A stretch of 63,438 nt of DNA, filler included, from Craspedostauros australis (taxonomy: Eukaryota): NCBI GenBank assembly GCA_030167865.1. It is 19 parts of 19 records of this genome, joined end to end, with 100 filler letters (N's around TTAATTAATTAA, not from the genome) between each part and the next. Parts side by side here need not be neighbours in the genome. Positions count along the whole stretch, not along the records: positions 49,192 to 50,871 come from JALAGF010000626.1; positions 50,972 to 54,035 come from JALAGF010000627.1; positions 54,136 to 56,758 come from JALAGF010000628.1; positions 56,859 to 58,592 come from JALAGF010000629.1; positions 58,693 to 60,982 come from JALAGF010000630.1; 14 more parts are not named here. One strand, written 5' to 3'. Of this stretch, positions 49,092 to 61,082 are shown piece by piece. The notes beneath the pieces were generated by a model. That model worked only from the letters and a program-made list of their open reading frames with translations, did no database searches and had not been told where the DNA came from. The first letter of the stretch is position 1; each line of letters begins with the position of its first letter. Made by a program: the position numbers and the translations under genes.

Positions 49092-49277
49092 NNNNNNNNN
49101 NNNNNNNNNNNNNNNNNNNNNNNNNNNNNNNNNNNTTAATTAATTAANNNNNNNNNNNNNNNNNNNNNNNNNNNNNNNNNNNNNNNNNNNNATACCATTC
49201 CGGTTCCGGTCAGTCCTCATGGGAGCTGCGGTAGAACACGGTATCTTTGCAAAGTCGTACCCCCGATTCCTGACAGC

Positions 49278-50515
49278 TACGTGGACGCTGACTTCGCAGG
49301 CCTCTACCAACAAGAGGACAGCAAAGACCCTGTGTTGGTCAAGTCACGCACGGGGTACCTCATCATGCTAGGCAGATGCCCTCTCATTTGGAAATCAAAG
49401 CTCCAAACTGAGATTGCACTGTCCACGATGGAATCCGAGTACGCAGCGCTCTCTCTTGCGATGCGAACATTGATCCCCATCCAACAGCTCATCTGCCAGG
49501 TGATTGACAACGCGGGCACCAACATGCCGCTGCATACCAACCTCCAGTGCACTGTCTTTGAGGACAACCAAGCCTGCATTTCCCTTGCCACCAATCATCA
49601 GCCGACCGCGCGCACCAAACACTTCCTAACCAAGTGGCACTTCTTTTGGTACTGGGTCAAGGCGGGCTTCATCTGCATCCAGCACATCGCCACGCCGGAG
49701 CAACTCGCCGACATCTTTACGAAGGGGCTATCCATCGTGGTCTTTGAGTACTTGCGGTTCAAGATCATGGGTTGGTAACAACCAACAACAACAAATGACA
49801 GCTCAATCACGACCCAACACTGAGAGGGAGAGTTGAGATTCAATAAGGGACAGACTATTACCGGACACGGTATCAACCCGATGGGAGAAATTCTTGTTTT
49901 GGCGCGAAATCTTCCGACTTGATCGACCACCAAATCTTTTCTCCTCCCTTCTCTCCTCCATTCACGAATCCGTCATGACTCAAGCATGACCGACCTGACT
50001 CACATCTCACCTTGGGAACTATATGCTCCTCAGATCCTCTTACTACAACATACCTCGATTCCCTTCATGCTGACGACTACTGCATCACTGCCATAGTCTC
50101 AACGTGTGTATCCAACTTGCTTCAACTCGAGCAATGGAATCCGAGGGTCAGCTCCAGCCACAGCCACTGCTTCATGACCGTCACCATCAGATGTCATGAC
50201 CTACACTGCAGTGTATCTACGTGTGAGGAGAGCAAGGAACTGTAATGATTGTCTACCCTCAAGCACTGAACCAAGTACATCAGTGCAGAGTCTCACCAAG
50301 TTGTGTGGCATTGTTTCTTCACCCTACTAACACTACAAGCTAACTCATAACAAACAGACAAGGATTAGCTACAAAGCACTCTTCTACTCATTGTTACAGT
50401 AACAACTCTTCAATCAATACACCTCTCTTGAACTGCATTACACGGCTATCTCGAAGCCGGCAGATTCACAAGGCATCCTCCACCGATTCGCGCCAACTAC
50501 GCCCGAATCCTAACT
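49278..50515 (+). mobile_element. Ty1/Copia (CoDi-like) 3' end: RNase H (49278-49778), PPT (49822-49830), putative 685-bp LTR (49831-50515)
   Basis: YVDADFAG...KSRTGY...WKSKLQTEIALSTMESEY...IMGW*. PPT GAGAGGGAG. LTR bounded by imperfect inverted repeat AGTTGAGATTC / GAATCCTAACT, with TATA-like CTATAT at ~50019. Confidence 0.9.
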
Positions 50516-50971
50516 AAGTTCCACAATTCCTCGCGCGAAACCAACCTCGCAATCCCACCACCTCTGTCAGCGTTCACAACGAGAATCGATCCGACACGGA
50601 ACAGATCATCTGCGCCACACGGTTTCAAATGAGAACTCAAAGCGCAACAAAGCTTGGGAGAAATGACCCAAACTCCCCTCAATTCACCCTTCAATGGGAT
50701 GGCTTGCTCGTGCCAGTGATAAAATGTAATCCATTTGATTGGCTGAAGCCGCCGGCCACGCCAAAAAATAGCCACTCGAACCCCTCCAATAGTACAATCC
50801 AACCAGTCAACGGAGATGCGCGATGCCACGCGCGTGCCTGGCCCGCTTCATCCACGAATCGGTGAAAGCCANNNNNNNNNNNNNNNNNNNNNNNNNNNNN
50901 NNNNNNNNNNNNNNNTTAATTAATTAANNNNNNNNNNNNNNNNNNNNNNNNNNNNNNNNNNNNNNNNNNNN

Positions 50972-52264
50972 CCAATCAATCCACCATCGATGTCTGGCTG
51001 AGACAACAGACCCTCAGCATTCGCACCCTTCATCGATCCTCCGTACTGAATACGGACCGCATTCGCGACAGACTCGGACACGTTTGCGCTCATCCACTTG
51101 CGGATGTTGGCGTGTGTCTCCTGTGCCATCTCTGGTGTGGCGGTCAGTCCAGTACCAATGGCCCACACTGGCTCATACGCGATGGCCACGTTTGCCCACT
51201 CTTCTGGCTTGAGGAGCTTGGCGAGAGGCTCGAGCTGCTTGGCGCACACATCCATGGTGACACCCGATTCTCTCTCTTCCTTCTTCTCACCGATGGCGAA
51301 CATGACCTTGAGTCCGTTGTCAAGGGCGACCTTGCACTTGTCGGCACAGAGCTTCTCTGGCTCACCTGCCATACCGAATCCCTGTCGTCTTTCGGAGTGT
51401 CCGATGATGACCCACGCACATCCGAGGTCCTTGAGCTGGTGCGATCCGACTTCTCCAGTGTAGGCACCGTTGGATGCGTTGACTCCGCAGTCCTGGGCAC
51501 CGACGGCGATATCGGAACGAAGCATGGACAGCCCCAAAAACAAGTGTGGGTGCGGGACGCAGAGAACGACTTCCACATTCTCCGGAATGGGACCTGCTTC
51601 ATTGAAGACCTTCATGCGTTCGATACCTTCCGTGAGCGTGCCGTTGCACTTCCAGTTGCCACCGATGAGGTACTTTCGTGGTCCTGCCTTTCCTGCTGGT
51701 CCGGCAGATCCGGCTGGGCGTGTGGAGGCGAGCGATGCGGCGTCTGTGACACTGTGGCAGCCATGGTCATGGGAAATAAAGAGGACAGATTGAGCAGCAA
51801 AGTAGTGCAACGGAAAGACAATGTCGTGAGACTTGATATTCAGGATCAATACAGGGTGACAGCACTCCAGAGTGTGTAATAATGGTGCATGACGCACCCT
51901 CCAGAAAATGGGGCTGGCACTCAGCCGCCTGAATGTAGAGCCTCGTTTCTCATTTCTTACTATGGCTCCCTGCCTTGCACGTCGGTCACAATGGAAGATT
52001 TGGGCAGAGCAGGAGTATGGGAGCGTGGGGATGGATCGTTGGATGGTTGTTGATGCAACGAGAGTACGGGGCCATAGCAAGTTTCACGGCGCAAGCGAGA
52101 GCGAACAGACACCCTCCCCTTGCATGTCATGACTCCGGACGCAGATCCAGCTGTCACCCTACTCCGAAGCAGGTCATGCTGGTCCTTGCTGCAACCTTGC
52201 TGGCATTGAAAGCTCAAGCCCATCGCGCGGATGCATACGGCTGGCCGTTCCCCACTTACTTCAT
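50972..52264 (-). CDS. TPI: Triosephosphate isomerase, copy A (3'-truncated at contig edge); predicted exons 52264-52260, 51969-51961, 51751-50972
   Basis: GGNWKCN, IIGHSERR, AYEPVWAIGTG, YGGS and DGGLI motifs. ATGAA|gtaagt, cag|GGAGCCATA|gtaaga and cag|TGTCACAGAC join in frame as MKEPYVTDAASLASTRPAGS. Confidence 0.93.
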
Positions 52265-52866
52265 GGTGAGATTGAATCTGTCTGCGATTGTGCTGGTCGT
52301 GCTGGTTGGGATTGATTGGAGTTGATTGCAGTTGATGGCTGCAATTTCGATCGATTTGTGTGTGGACGCGAACAACAGGAAGGAATCAAAGGCGGAGACG
52401 GAGCACCCGCGTGTGCCTCGCAGAAAGGCTGCCGAATCTTCAGTCACCTCGTTTGCCTCCGTCTTGGGGAGCCACAGAAGCGAAGCTTGTCGCGACTTTC
52501 CTTCGCGTGTCGCGCACACAAACCGAATCATTTCTTGACGCGCCCAACAACTGCAAGATACCCCCAATCCTTGAGGCAACGGTCAATCAACGCCAACGAG
52601 AGAGAAGGATCTTGTTCTGTGGACATCAATGCATTCGTGGGAGTGACACATGACGAACTTGATGGTTCCACGAGACAGTCGACTCACATGACCACACACA
52701 AAGCACGTCTCCGCGTTCGTGAATCACCTGTTTTGCTCCAAACGCGAACGAAGAAACCGAAGCCTCTTGTCACGTTTCTCGTTGCAATTGCGAACGGAAT
52801 GAGGAAGCCTTCGTTTCGCACACAAGTCCTGTGGGGCATGGTTGGATGTGGAATACACTGGAGGGA

Positions 52867-52993
52867 AAGGACACGACAAGGGTTGAATGAAGGGGGAAGG
52901 ACACGACAAGGGTTGAACGAAGGGGGAAGGACACGACAAGGGTTGAATGAAGGGGGAAGGACGCAACAAGGGTTGAATGAAGGAGCAAGGACA
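52867..52993 (+). repeat. 30-bp minisatellite (AAGGACACGACAAGGGTTGAATGAAGGGGG), about 4.2 copies, upstream of TPI
   Basis: Directly adjacent near-identical units with no spacers. Confidence 0.95.
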
Positions 52994-53588
52994 GTTCCAA
53001 AGAGCATGGGCTGGCACTGGCGTGAGGAGATCGTAACGATTCTCTTTGGCGATGCCTTTGGGGAACCTTCCCTGATTGAGATGCGCCGGTTGCAGATATT
53101 GCGCACATCGGGTATGTGCGTCGAAGGGCCATGGCATGCGGTAGCATACTACGAATGGATACCATGGCAATGCTCTCATGACGACAACAGGCATTGCGCT
53201 GACAATCGTCCGCATTGACGCCGCATGCCGATTCGGAAGAGACGGCAAATGCGTGAGTTTGAAGAGGATAGTGTTGAGCCAGCAGCGTCAGATGGAAGAA
53301 GCAAAGTAACTGATGATGGCAGCACGTAAACGAAAGGGTGCAACTGAATGTTGCAAGGGTGCTGGAGGTAGTATAGCATCTTGGAATCACTAGAATATGT
53401 ACAAACTCATCTCCTCGCGTGTTCTTGGCTTTGCTTGTTCGCTTGGTTCAATCTTGGTATTGATGTTGATGGCGTTGTTCGACTATCGCAGCGCGTCATT
53501 GTGCTTGCCCTCCATCAGCGCCCCTGGACATCATGCTCGTGTTCATGTTCATCTTCAGGCCTCTTGTCGACTGTACCGATGGGACAGT

Positions 53589-54035
53589 TTACTTTGGAAT
53601 TCCGTTGATGACATTGAAGAAGTCAGCCTTCAGGGAGGCACCGCCAATCAATCCACCATCGATGTCTGGCTGAGACAACAGACCCTCAGCATTCGCACCC
53701 TTCATCGATCCTCCGTACTGAATACGGACCGCATTCGCGACAGACTCGGACACGTTTGCGCTCATCCACTTGCGGATGTTGGCGTGTGTCTCCTGTGCCA
53801 TCTCTGGTGTGGCGGTCAGTCCAGTACCAATGGCCCACACTGGCTCATACGCGATGGCCACGTTTGCCCACTCTTCTGGCTTGAGGAGCTTGGCGAGAGG
53901 CTCGAGCTGCTTGGCGCACACATCCATGGTGACACCCGATTCTCTCTCTTCCTTCTTCTCACCGATGGCGAACATGACCTTGAGTCCGTTGTCAAGGGCG
54001 ACCTTGCACTTGTCGGCACAGAGCTTCTCTGGCTC
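53589..54035 (-). CDS. TPI: Triosephosphate isomerase, copy B (C-terminal half, 5'-truncated at contig edge)
   Basis: 53644-54035 appears identical to 50972-51363. Ends GGASLKADFFNVINGIPK*. Confidence 0.93.
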   Translation of the reverse strand, partial: EPEKLCADKCKVALDNGLKVMFAIGEKKEERESGVTMDVCAKQLEPLAKLLKPEEWANVAIAYEPVWAIGTGLTATPEMAQETHANIRKWMSANVSESVANAVRIQYGGSMKGANAEGLLSQPDIDGGLIGGASLKADFFNVINGIPK

Positions 54036-56192
54036 NNNNNNNNNNNNNNNNNNNNNNNNNNNNNNNNNNNNNNNNNNNNTTAATTAATTAANNNNNNNNN
54101 NNNNNNNNNNNNNNNNNNNNNNNNNNNNNNNNNNNCAGAAGGATGACCAGGAACCACGAGCAGTCGATTCCTCTATTTGTGTTGGCGATTTGCGTGGATG
54201 GAACAGAGACACCGAGTGCATGACTGTGGGTGTCGCGCCCGTCGGATGACAACGAAAGCGGGTCCAACGCCGAGAAACACTCGGTGCTGTGTGAAGGACA
54301 TGAACGACGCAGAAACCAACGCAGAACCAAACGACCACACCAGCCACCACCAAAACCAAGGAGCACAAACGCCAACAACAACCCCCATTGGAGTACTATC
54401 GATACCACTTGCGTTTGTTTTGCATTGTCCTGACAGCATTGGTCGTATCAGTCTGATGCGGGGAAAATTCCCGTGAACAAGTGCAAAAAAACATCCTTTT
54501 TTTTGAGCGACGACTATTTCCCCTGCTCCCTGCGGAAAGAGACGGGCATCTCGTGTCTTGTTTCCAACAAGCGTCACCTCTCATTCCGCTTGCGCCATTT
54601 CCGCTGCGAAGCAAACTGTGACGCCTTGTCAGATCTCGATGACATCTTCGCACCAACAAGCAAGAGGTTGGGCGCCTTGACTTTTGGCGGGTGAGAGAAT
54701 GGCATCAAAGTCAAGACTGGACGAGCGACAGAGATGCATGTCTGTGCCAAAGTACCCCTCGTCGATGGCGCATGGGCGAAGACGCTCTTGTGAAGGCGAG
54801 ATCCGTGCTGAAGCTTCTCCGGATTCTGATCGTTGATGACAAAAAGGCAGGACAACGTCTGGATGGGGCGAGGAGAGGAACGCCCGCCTTCGCGCTCATG
54901 GTTTCCAAACAAACCTCTGCATACCGGTACACGTCATTTAGGGGGTTATCGTATGCAATTTGAAGAGTCCCAGAGTCCAAAGCTGTGTGACTCGGAAGAG
55001 ACATTGCTTTGGGGGTGTTGGTTTTCCGTTTTTTGCACGTCGTCAGGAGTATGATCTGTCCTTCAACCGGTATCGACACCGTTTGATGTCGAGGACAAAG
55101 CTATGTCAGACGGTGATGGAACTGTAGTAGACTCGGAAGTAAGCTATGAAGATTGTTTCTGATTGCTTGTTTTATGTGCTAAGCTTGTTATTGATAGGAA
55201 GATCGAGTGAAAAGGTAGGGAGTCATGCTGTCGTGCTTCAGCCGTCCTTGTTGCGCATAGCACCATGTCGTGGCGCTCCGGCACACACACACAGTCCTCA
55301 ATGGATGCCATCTGCAGAGTAGAGCCTGGCCTGTGACATGGATTTGCTTCAAATTAAGCACAGGTTCTGCAGGATGGCGAATTTGGACAGGTGGCAGGGA
55401 CGCATGAGCTGGAGCGTGAGCCGAGTATGGATTGTAGGTTCAACTACACACCATGCGTGTGGTAGCCTTTCATTCTGGCACTGGGTCGGAGTACCGGATA
55501 CGATTTGCATGACATGGATAGCTGAGTCCCGGATAAGTCCCGGATCAAGTTTGTCCCAACTCACTTCAACTCACTTCTATTCTACTTGTTTTGGGGGTCT
55601 GCGGTTTATTGATTATAAGGTACTATTGCAGATTGATCTCAATCAACACAACGAGACCAGTCTCCAATTAAATCTAGAGAGAGGATCAACTGGATGACAA
55701 CACGCGAACATGTCAGCAAGGACGAACAACCCTCGCGGTTCGCCTCCTTGGGGATGATCCCTCCTTGGTGGCCTCTCGTTTGGGGTGCTATACTATGATC
55801 TGCTATGATCCGCACATACTCGTACACAGCACAAGAACTTGTCACGCAACCATTCGACATCATTCACGTCCCCCGCTCACACGAGCTACGAGCACTCGTC
55901 GATCCACCGATGGAAGGCCAAGTCCGAAAGGAATTGCCTTCCACCCTGTCTCAGCAGAGAGGCTTGATGCATGGTTCGAAGGCGACAAAAGGAGCTGCAG
56001 GGCAGGCTTTGGCGGCGTCCGACCACGATGGTTTGTTTTACTCGTGTTGCAACTACTGCCGTTACGATTACTGCTGCTACTATTAATACTATCACCATTA
56101 CCATCATTCTGCTGTTGCTGTGCGTGCTGATTCCTCAATCTGCCACAAGAGCAAGGAAGATAGATCACCTCCACCGAATGTTCACACGTGGC

Positions 56193-56758
56193 CTACGCAA
56201 TGTCCGTGAGGACGGAGAGCTCATCCTCATCGAGGCCCACAGATCCTTCCACGCCATCTCCGAGCTCCGATCCGAAGACGAGCACTCCGGCACCTTCCTC
56301 AGGGCCGTCTTTCGCATCGATGAAGGCTTCGATCCCTGTGCCTCTTGTGGTGATCGCTCCNGTGAAGGTGTCGCGGGTGATTCCAAAGAGGTAGTTGCCT
56401 TTNCCGTCGTCGGTGAGNCCCTCTGGACGTTTGCGGTTCGGNTCGTTGACATNCTTGAGGAACTTCTTGCGNCGCTGCATGANGTCGTCCACCTTGATCT
56501 TGCAACCCCACGCCTTGTAGTAGTCGACGGCGTGCACGAAGTAGTCGCCAGCCATGTCCTCGGAACCACACTGGAGGTAGTGCTCTCCTGCCAGCTCGTT
56601 GACCATGGCAGCATCGTGGATACAGCCAGCTCGGATTGCAGCGAGGATCGCGATGTTGTAGGCATCCTGAATCTTGGAGTGCCGTTTGTTCTTCATGGTG
56701 ACAGCGAGGTCCTCCGCTTCGAGGATGAGCACTAGATGGATCCATGCTTGTCCTCTGG
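56193..56758 (-). CDS. 3' end of a STAND/AAA-ATPase-type signalling protein (TPR-like C-terminal helices)
   Basis: LILEAE...AYNIAILAAIRAGCIHDAAMVNELAGEHY...A.DYY.AWGCKIKV matches the remembered C-terminal pattern of AAA-ATPase/kinase multi-sensor proteins expanded in diatoms. Confidence 0.7.
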
Positions 56759-56858
56759 NNNNNNNNNNNNNNNNNNNNNNNNNNNNNNNNNNNNNNNNNN
56801 NNTTAATTAATTAANNNNNNNNNNNNNNNNNNNNNNNNNNNNNNNNNNNNNNNNNNNN

Positions 56859-57237
56859 AGCAGCTGCAAAGGCAATAGCGGCGGCATCCGAAGACGAAGG
56901 CGCAGGCAAAGCAGAGGAAGCAATGGCCGAGGTCGAGGAGAACGAACCCACGGCTCCCACACCACGCAAGCGCGCAACCACCCGCAAGCGCGCAACCCGC
57001 ACCTCCGAGGCATCCGCTGAACCCTCCGTTTCCTCCGTCACGAAGCGATCTCGGCGCAAGCGCAAGCAGATCTCGGAGGAGAAATCGGAGGTGTCGAAAC
57101 CCCCGCTGCCCCCCAAACCCTCCACACGGTCCACACGTGGCACACGCGCCAAGAAGGCCGATCCGGACGAGCAATCGGTAACCAGCGCAACGAGCGTTCG
57201 CAGCACGAGAAGCAGCAGTCGTCGCAAGGCGGCCTAA
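56859..57237 (+). CDS. 3' end of unknown gene, basic Arg/Lys/Ser/Thr-rich tail
   Basis: Open from contig start to TAA 57237, with NLS-like PRKR/RRKRK. Convergent with the next gene. Confidence 0.55.
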
Positions 57238-57308
57238 TCATAGAGAACAGACTATTGTGTGGGTACACTCGCACGTTCTATCAATGTTCCAGACCACGGT
57301 GTCATAGC

Positions 57309-58307
57309 CTATTGCTTGTCCCAACCCAGGGACCGAAAGATATTGGCGCAGTTGACGATGTTCTGATAGCCTTCCTGCGTCATGGACCGCATCTCTTCCA
57401 ACTTCCATGGGATGCACGTGCATTCGCGCATGGCCTCGCGCTCCTTGCTGTGAATGTCAATGAGGTTGGTCTTGCGCTTCCAGGCCCCATTATCCCCCAG
57501 ATGAAACGTCATATTGGTTCCGCTGTTCAGATTGACATGGCCGTGGCCTGCACGATGCAGCTGCAAGTCGATGGTGCGCCCCCAAGGCGGATGCCCCACG
57601 AACAGATCACCGAACTGCACGTCGATATGCTGACGCATCACAAAACAATCCTTGCCAGGATGGTACCCGCCCTGCGGTATGCGTTCCTCAATCTGATCGA
57701 GATCGGTAAGCTTCGCAGGCACGATGCGCCGATTGATCGTGAACGATGCGTGCGGCACATCCGCGATGAAATTGTAAAAGTCACGATGTAGGCCAATATC
57801 GGAATTGGTAAAGACGATCAGCGCCGTTGGATCCTGCGGCATGTACTGTCGCAAGGCATCAAACATTTCCTGCAGGAAGGGCAGCTTGTGGTAGGACTTG
57901 TGCAGCGGTAAGATGGCGTCGAAGGCGACGTTTGAAGCGGCCGTGTCGTTGACAAAGATAGCAGCGACGAGGTGGACGACGATGTGACGATGCGCATGTT
58001 GTTTGGCACGCAACATGCTTGCGATCGTGACGTTCTGTGCTTTGTTGAATGGATGGTAGGTTGGATCGGATGGGACGGAGTAGAGGTTGATGAGGTGGTA
58101 GATGTGGATCGTGGTGTTGTCGCTAGTCGCAGATGGTCTGTCATTCTGTGTCATGACATGATCCACCACCTGCGGACGTTGCTGAACGGACTCTGCAATG
58201 CCGGATTCCCGGAGCATCAAATGACTATGCCAGCCACCGCAGACGCCAATCGCAAGAGCGACGCAGAGAATGGTTCTGTCGCGCCATCGTCGCTGAATCA
58301 GCTCCAT
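57309..58307 (-). CDS. Type II membrane protein with glycosyltransferase-like (GT-A) domain, ~332 aa
   Basis: Short basic N-terminus plus TM (TILCVALAIGVCGGW), stem, then LPFLQEMF...IVFTNSDIGL...INRR...HPGKDCFV...TFHLGD. Confidence 0.7.
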   Translation of the reverse strand: MELIQRRWRDRTILCVALAIGVCGGWHSHLMLRESGIAESVQQRPQVVDHVMTQNDRPSATSDNTTIHIYHLINLYSVPSDPTYHPFNKAQNVTIASMLRAKQHAHRHIVVHLVAAIFVNDTAASNVAFDAILPLHKSYHKLPFLQEMFDALRQYMPQDPTALIVFTNSDIGLHRDFYNFIADVPHASFTINRRIVPAKLTDLDQIEERIPQGGYHPGKDCFVMRQHIDVQFGDLFVGHPPWGRTIDLQLHRAGHGHVNLNSGTNMTFHLGDNGAWKRKTNLIDIHSKEREAMRECTCIPWKLEEMRSMTQEGYQNIVNCANIFRSLGWDKQ

Positions 58308-58508
58308 GATGATCGTCAAAGTGCGGCTTGTTCTTGTTGAGACAACAGCCTCGCGTCAGGGCCTTACCAAGCTTTGAGCTAAAGAGTGGAGCCAGAGCGA
58401 GTGCTGTGTGATACCACTGAGGTTGTGTTTGCTCAGATACGGTTTGTTTGATTGTATGGTTCTGTTTTGTTGTTTGCTGTTGTGATGATCAGGAGACGAT
58501 ACAAGTAG

Positions 58509-58592
58509 TGGAGGGGTTCGAGTGGCTATTTTTTGGCGTGGCCGGCGACTCCAGCCAATCAAATGGCTTAGACTTTATCACTGGCACGAGCA
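58509..58592 (-). promoter_or_regulatory. 84-bp repeated promoter-like block (CCAAT box) about 200 bp upstream of the GT-like gene; also at 42858-42941 and 50705-50788
   Basis: 5 mismatches in 84 bp versus the other copies. Contains CAGCCAATCA and TTTTTTGGCG. Confidence 0.5.
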
Positions 58593-59252
58593 NNNNNNNN
58601 NNNNNNNNNNNNNNNNNNNNNNNNNNNNNNNNNNNNTTAATTAATTAANNNNNNNNNNNNNNNNNNNNNNNNNNNNNNNNNNNNNNNNNNNNCTAATTCG
58701 ATTAAACAGCCTCGATTCATCTCTTTGGTCAAATGAGTCAAACGACGCACGTTCCAATGGACTTGCCGGGTGTCCCTGTAGGCAGAGGCTTGACTGGCAA
58801 GCGGTCCGAAGATGAGTCTTCTGTTCCACAAGTAGTCAATTGAGAATACTGGTAGATGGTGAAGAAACGTACGGATTATGAGATTAGTGCTATGGTTCTT
58901 CCCTTTGGGGATGATCTCCTGTGGTGTCCTGAATGACAATGCGTGTGGGTTGTGTAGCCCATGTACCGTGGGTCGAGATCCGTTGTCTGAGTTCCGTGAG
59001 AGACAATGGGCGATGATGTGCGTTGCTGGGGCACCGTTTCCCTGTGTCAGCGTTTTGGCGATGGTGGGTGTCAGAAACTTGGTTATCGGAACCCCAATGG
59101 TTCCTTGACACGGGTTCCAAAGATTTGCTTCAATGTTCTGGATCTGTCCCCAAACGTGGGGGCCGGTGAAGTATTTGTTCGATCTACTGGAATGCTGACA
59201 GGTCGGATGATTTGTAGTCTCTCTCTAAGATGGGTACTAGTGTAGCTCTATT

Positions 59253-60982
59253 TGTTGGCAAGTTCCGCTCACGGTAACCTACGATCATGGAAGATAGTGT
59301 TGGTTGATAGTCGTCTGTTTGCTATTTCATTACTTGGCTACTCCAATGCTCTTGGTGTACGCCGTTCTCTTGCCCAATGCTCTCGGCGCTTCAATCTGTT
59401 TCGTAGATTCAGTCTCCGACTATGAGTCGGTACGCGAGATCCTCTCTCGCTCCTCTCTGTATTCTCTCTCTTTCTCAACATCGTGTGCTCATGCTACACG
59501 ATACTTTGTGTTCGATGCGTACTCCGCATTCGACACTCTGTTCATTCAGTACTGGTTTCTACTCCATGGGTACTTGTTGGAAATCCGGGGTGGTGTTAGT
59601 AGTAGAAGACTAATCAATATTAGAATCTACTCTTTCGAACTGTGAGCTCTTCATTGCTCTTTCATCTTGATGATCGATCTCCTGCTGCAATCCTCATGGT
59701 TGCATCTGTTGATCTACCATGCATTCATCTTGCAAGGTTGCCCATCTCGTGAATGCACTCTGTCTTTCCTCTGATAGATTCATCATCGTAGACATCGTTG
59801 ATTCACAGGCATTACCGATTCGATTCACTCGGTCGGATCATCATCTTCGTGTTTTTCACAAGACACAAGAGACACAACTGTTCTCACGGTTGAACCGTTG
59901 TTCTCACGATTTCTCACACGATGTCTCGTGTTGAGGCAGCCATCCCTTATCACATTCATTTCGCTGGTTCGTCACCAGCTTCATCCATGATCACCGGAGA
60001 GTTCTCTCACGGTCCTTTTTGTACTTCGTGGTAATGGGATATTCCGACTCCTCAGTTCTTTGTTCGTCATTACTTGAGGGCTGTATTCGCTTGTACCTGA
60101 TGGTGGTCACGAGTGCATCATTCCAGCCACGTGTGACATGCAACTGTGTATTGGATGATTGCATTACCCTTCACAGTCATCATCCGATCCACACTTGCCA
60201 TTCACCATTCGTCTCAGGATACCATTCGCCCTGTCATGTACCTCACATTTTGGTGTTCACAATGTCACAGTGGGAGGTGCGGTAATATAGTGTTTCATGG
60301 CACTTGTCTCCTCACTCTTGGGAGGTGCGGCAATCACGCGTTTTATAACACCCGATTCCTGACAAGTACTTACCATTTGAAGTTCACCTTCAGTATCCAT
60401 GATCTTCATGGATCATCGGATCTTCGCCTCCTGCTCTGACTTGGAGACAGCTGTTGTTGGCAAGTTCCGCTCACGGTAACCTACGATCGTGGAAGATGGT
60501 GTTGGTTGATAGTCGTCTGTTTGCTATTTCATGACGTTGGCACTCCGATACTCTTGGTGTCCGTTTGTTCTCTTGCCCGATGCTCTCGGCGCTTCAATCT
60601 GTTTCGTAGATTCGGTCTCCGACTATGAGTCAGTACGCGAGATCCTCTCTCGCTCCTCTCTGTATTCTCTCTACATCGTGTGCTCGTGCTACACGATCCT
60701 CCGTGTTTGATGCGTATGTTGGCAAGTTCCGCGCACGGTAACCTACAATCGTGGAAGATGGTGTTGGTTGATAGTCGTCTGTTTGCTATTTCATTACTTG
60801 GCCACTCCGATGCTCTCGGTGTACGCCCGTTCTCTTGCCCGATGCTCTCGGCGCTTCAATCTGTTTCGTAGATTCGGTCTCCGACTATGAGTCGGTATGC
60901 GAGATCCTCTCTCGCTCCTCTCTGTATTCTCTCTCTCTCTCTCTCACCATCATGTGCTCGTGCTACACGATGCTTCGTGTTC
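59253..60982 (+). repeat. Three ~265-bp direct repeats (59253-59521, 60455-60716, 60717-60982) in a degenerate repeat region
   Basis: Each starts TGTTGGCAAGTTCCGC.CACGGTAACCTAC. Copies 2 and 3 are head-to-tail. Confidence 0.9.
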
Positions 60983-61082
60983 NNNNNNNNNNNNNNNNNN
61001 NNNNNNNNNNNNNNNNNNNNNNNNNNTTAATTAATTAANNNNNNNNNNNNNNNNNNNNNNNNNNNNNNNNNNNNNNNNNNNN

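Noticed and set aside
52867..52993. 30-bp repeats as a CRISPR array
   Set aside because: Units are contiguous with no unique spacers, there are no cas genes, and the context is eukaryotic.
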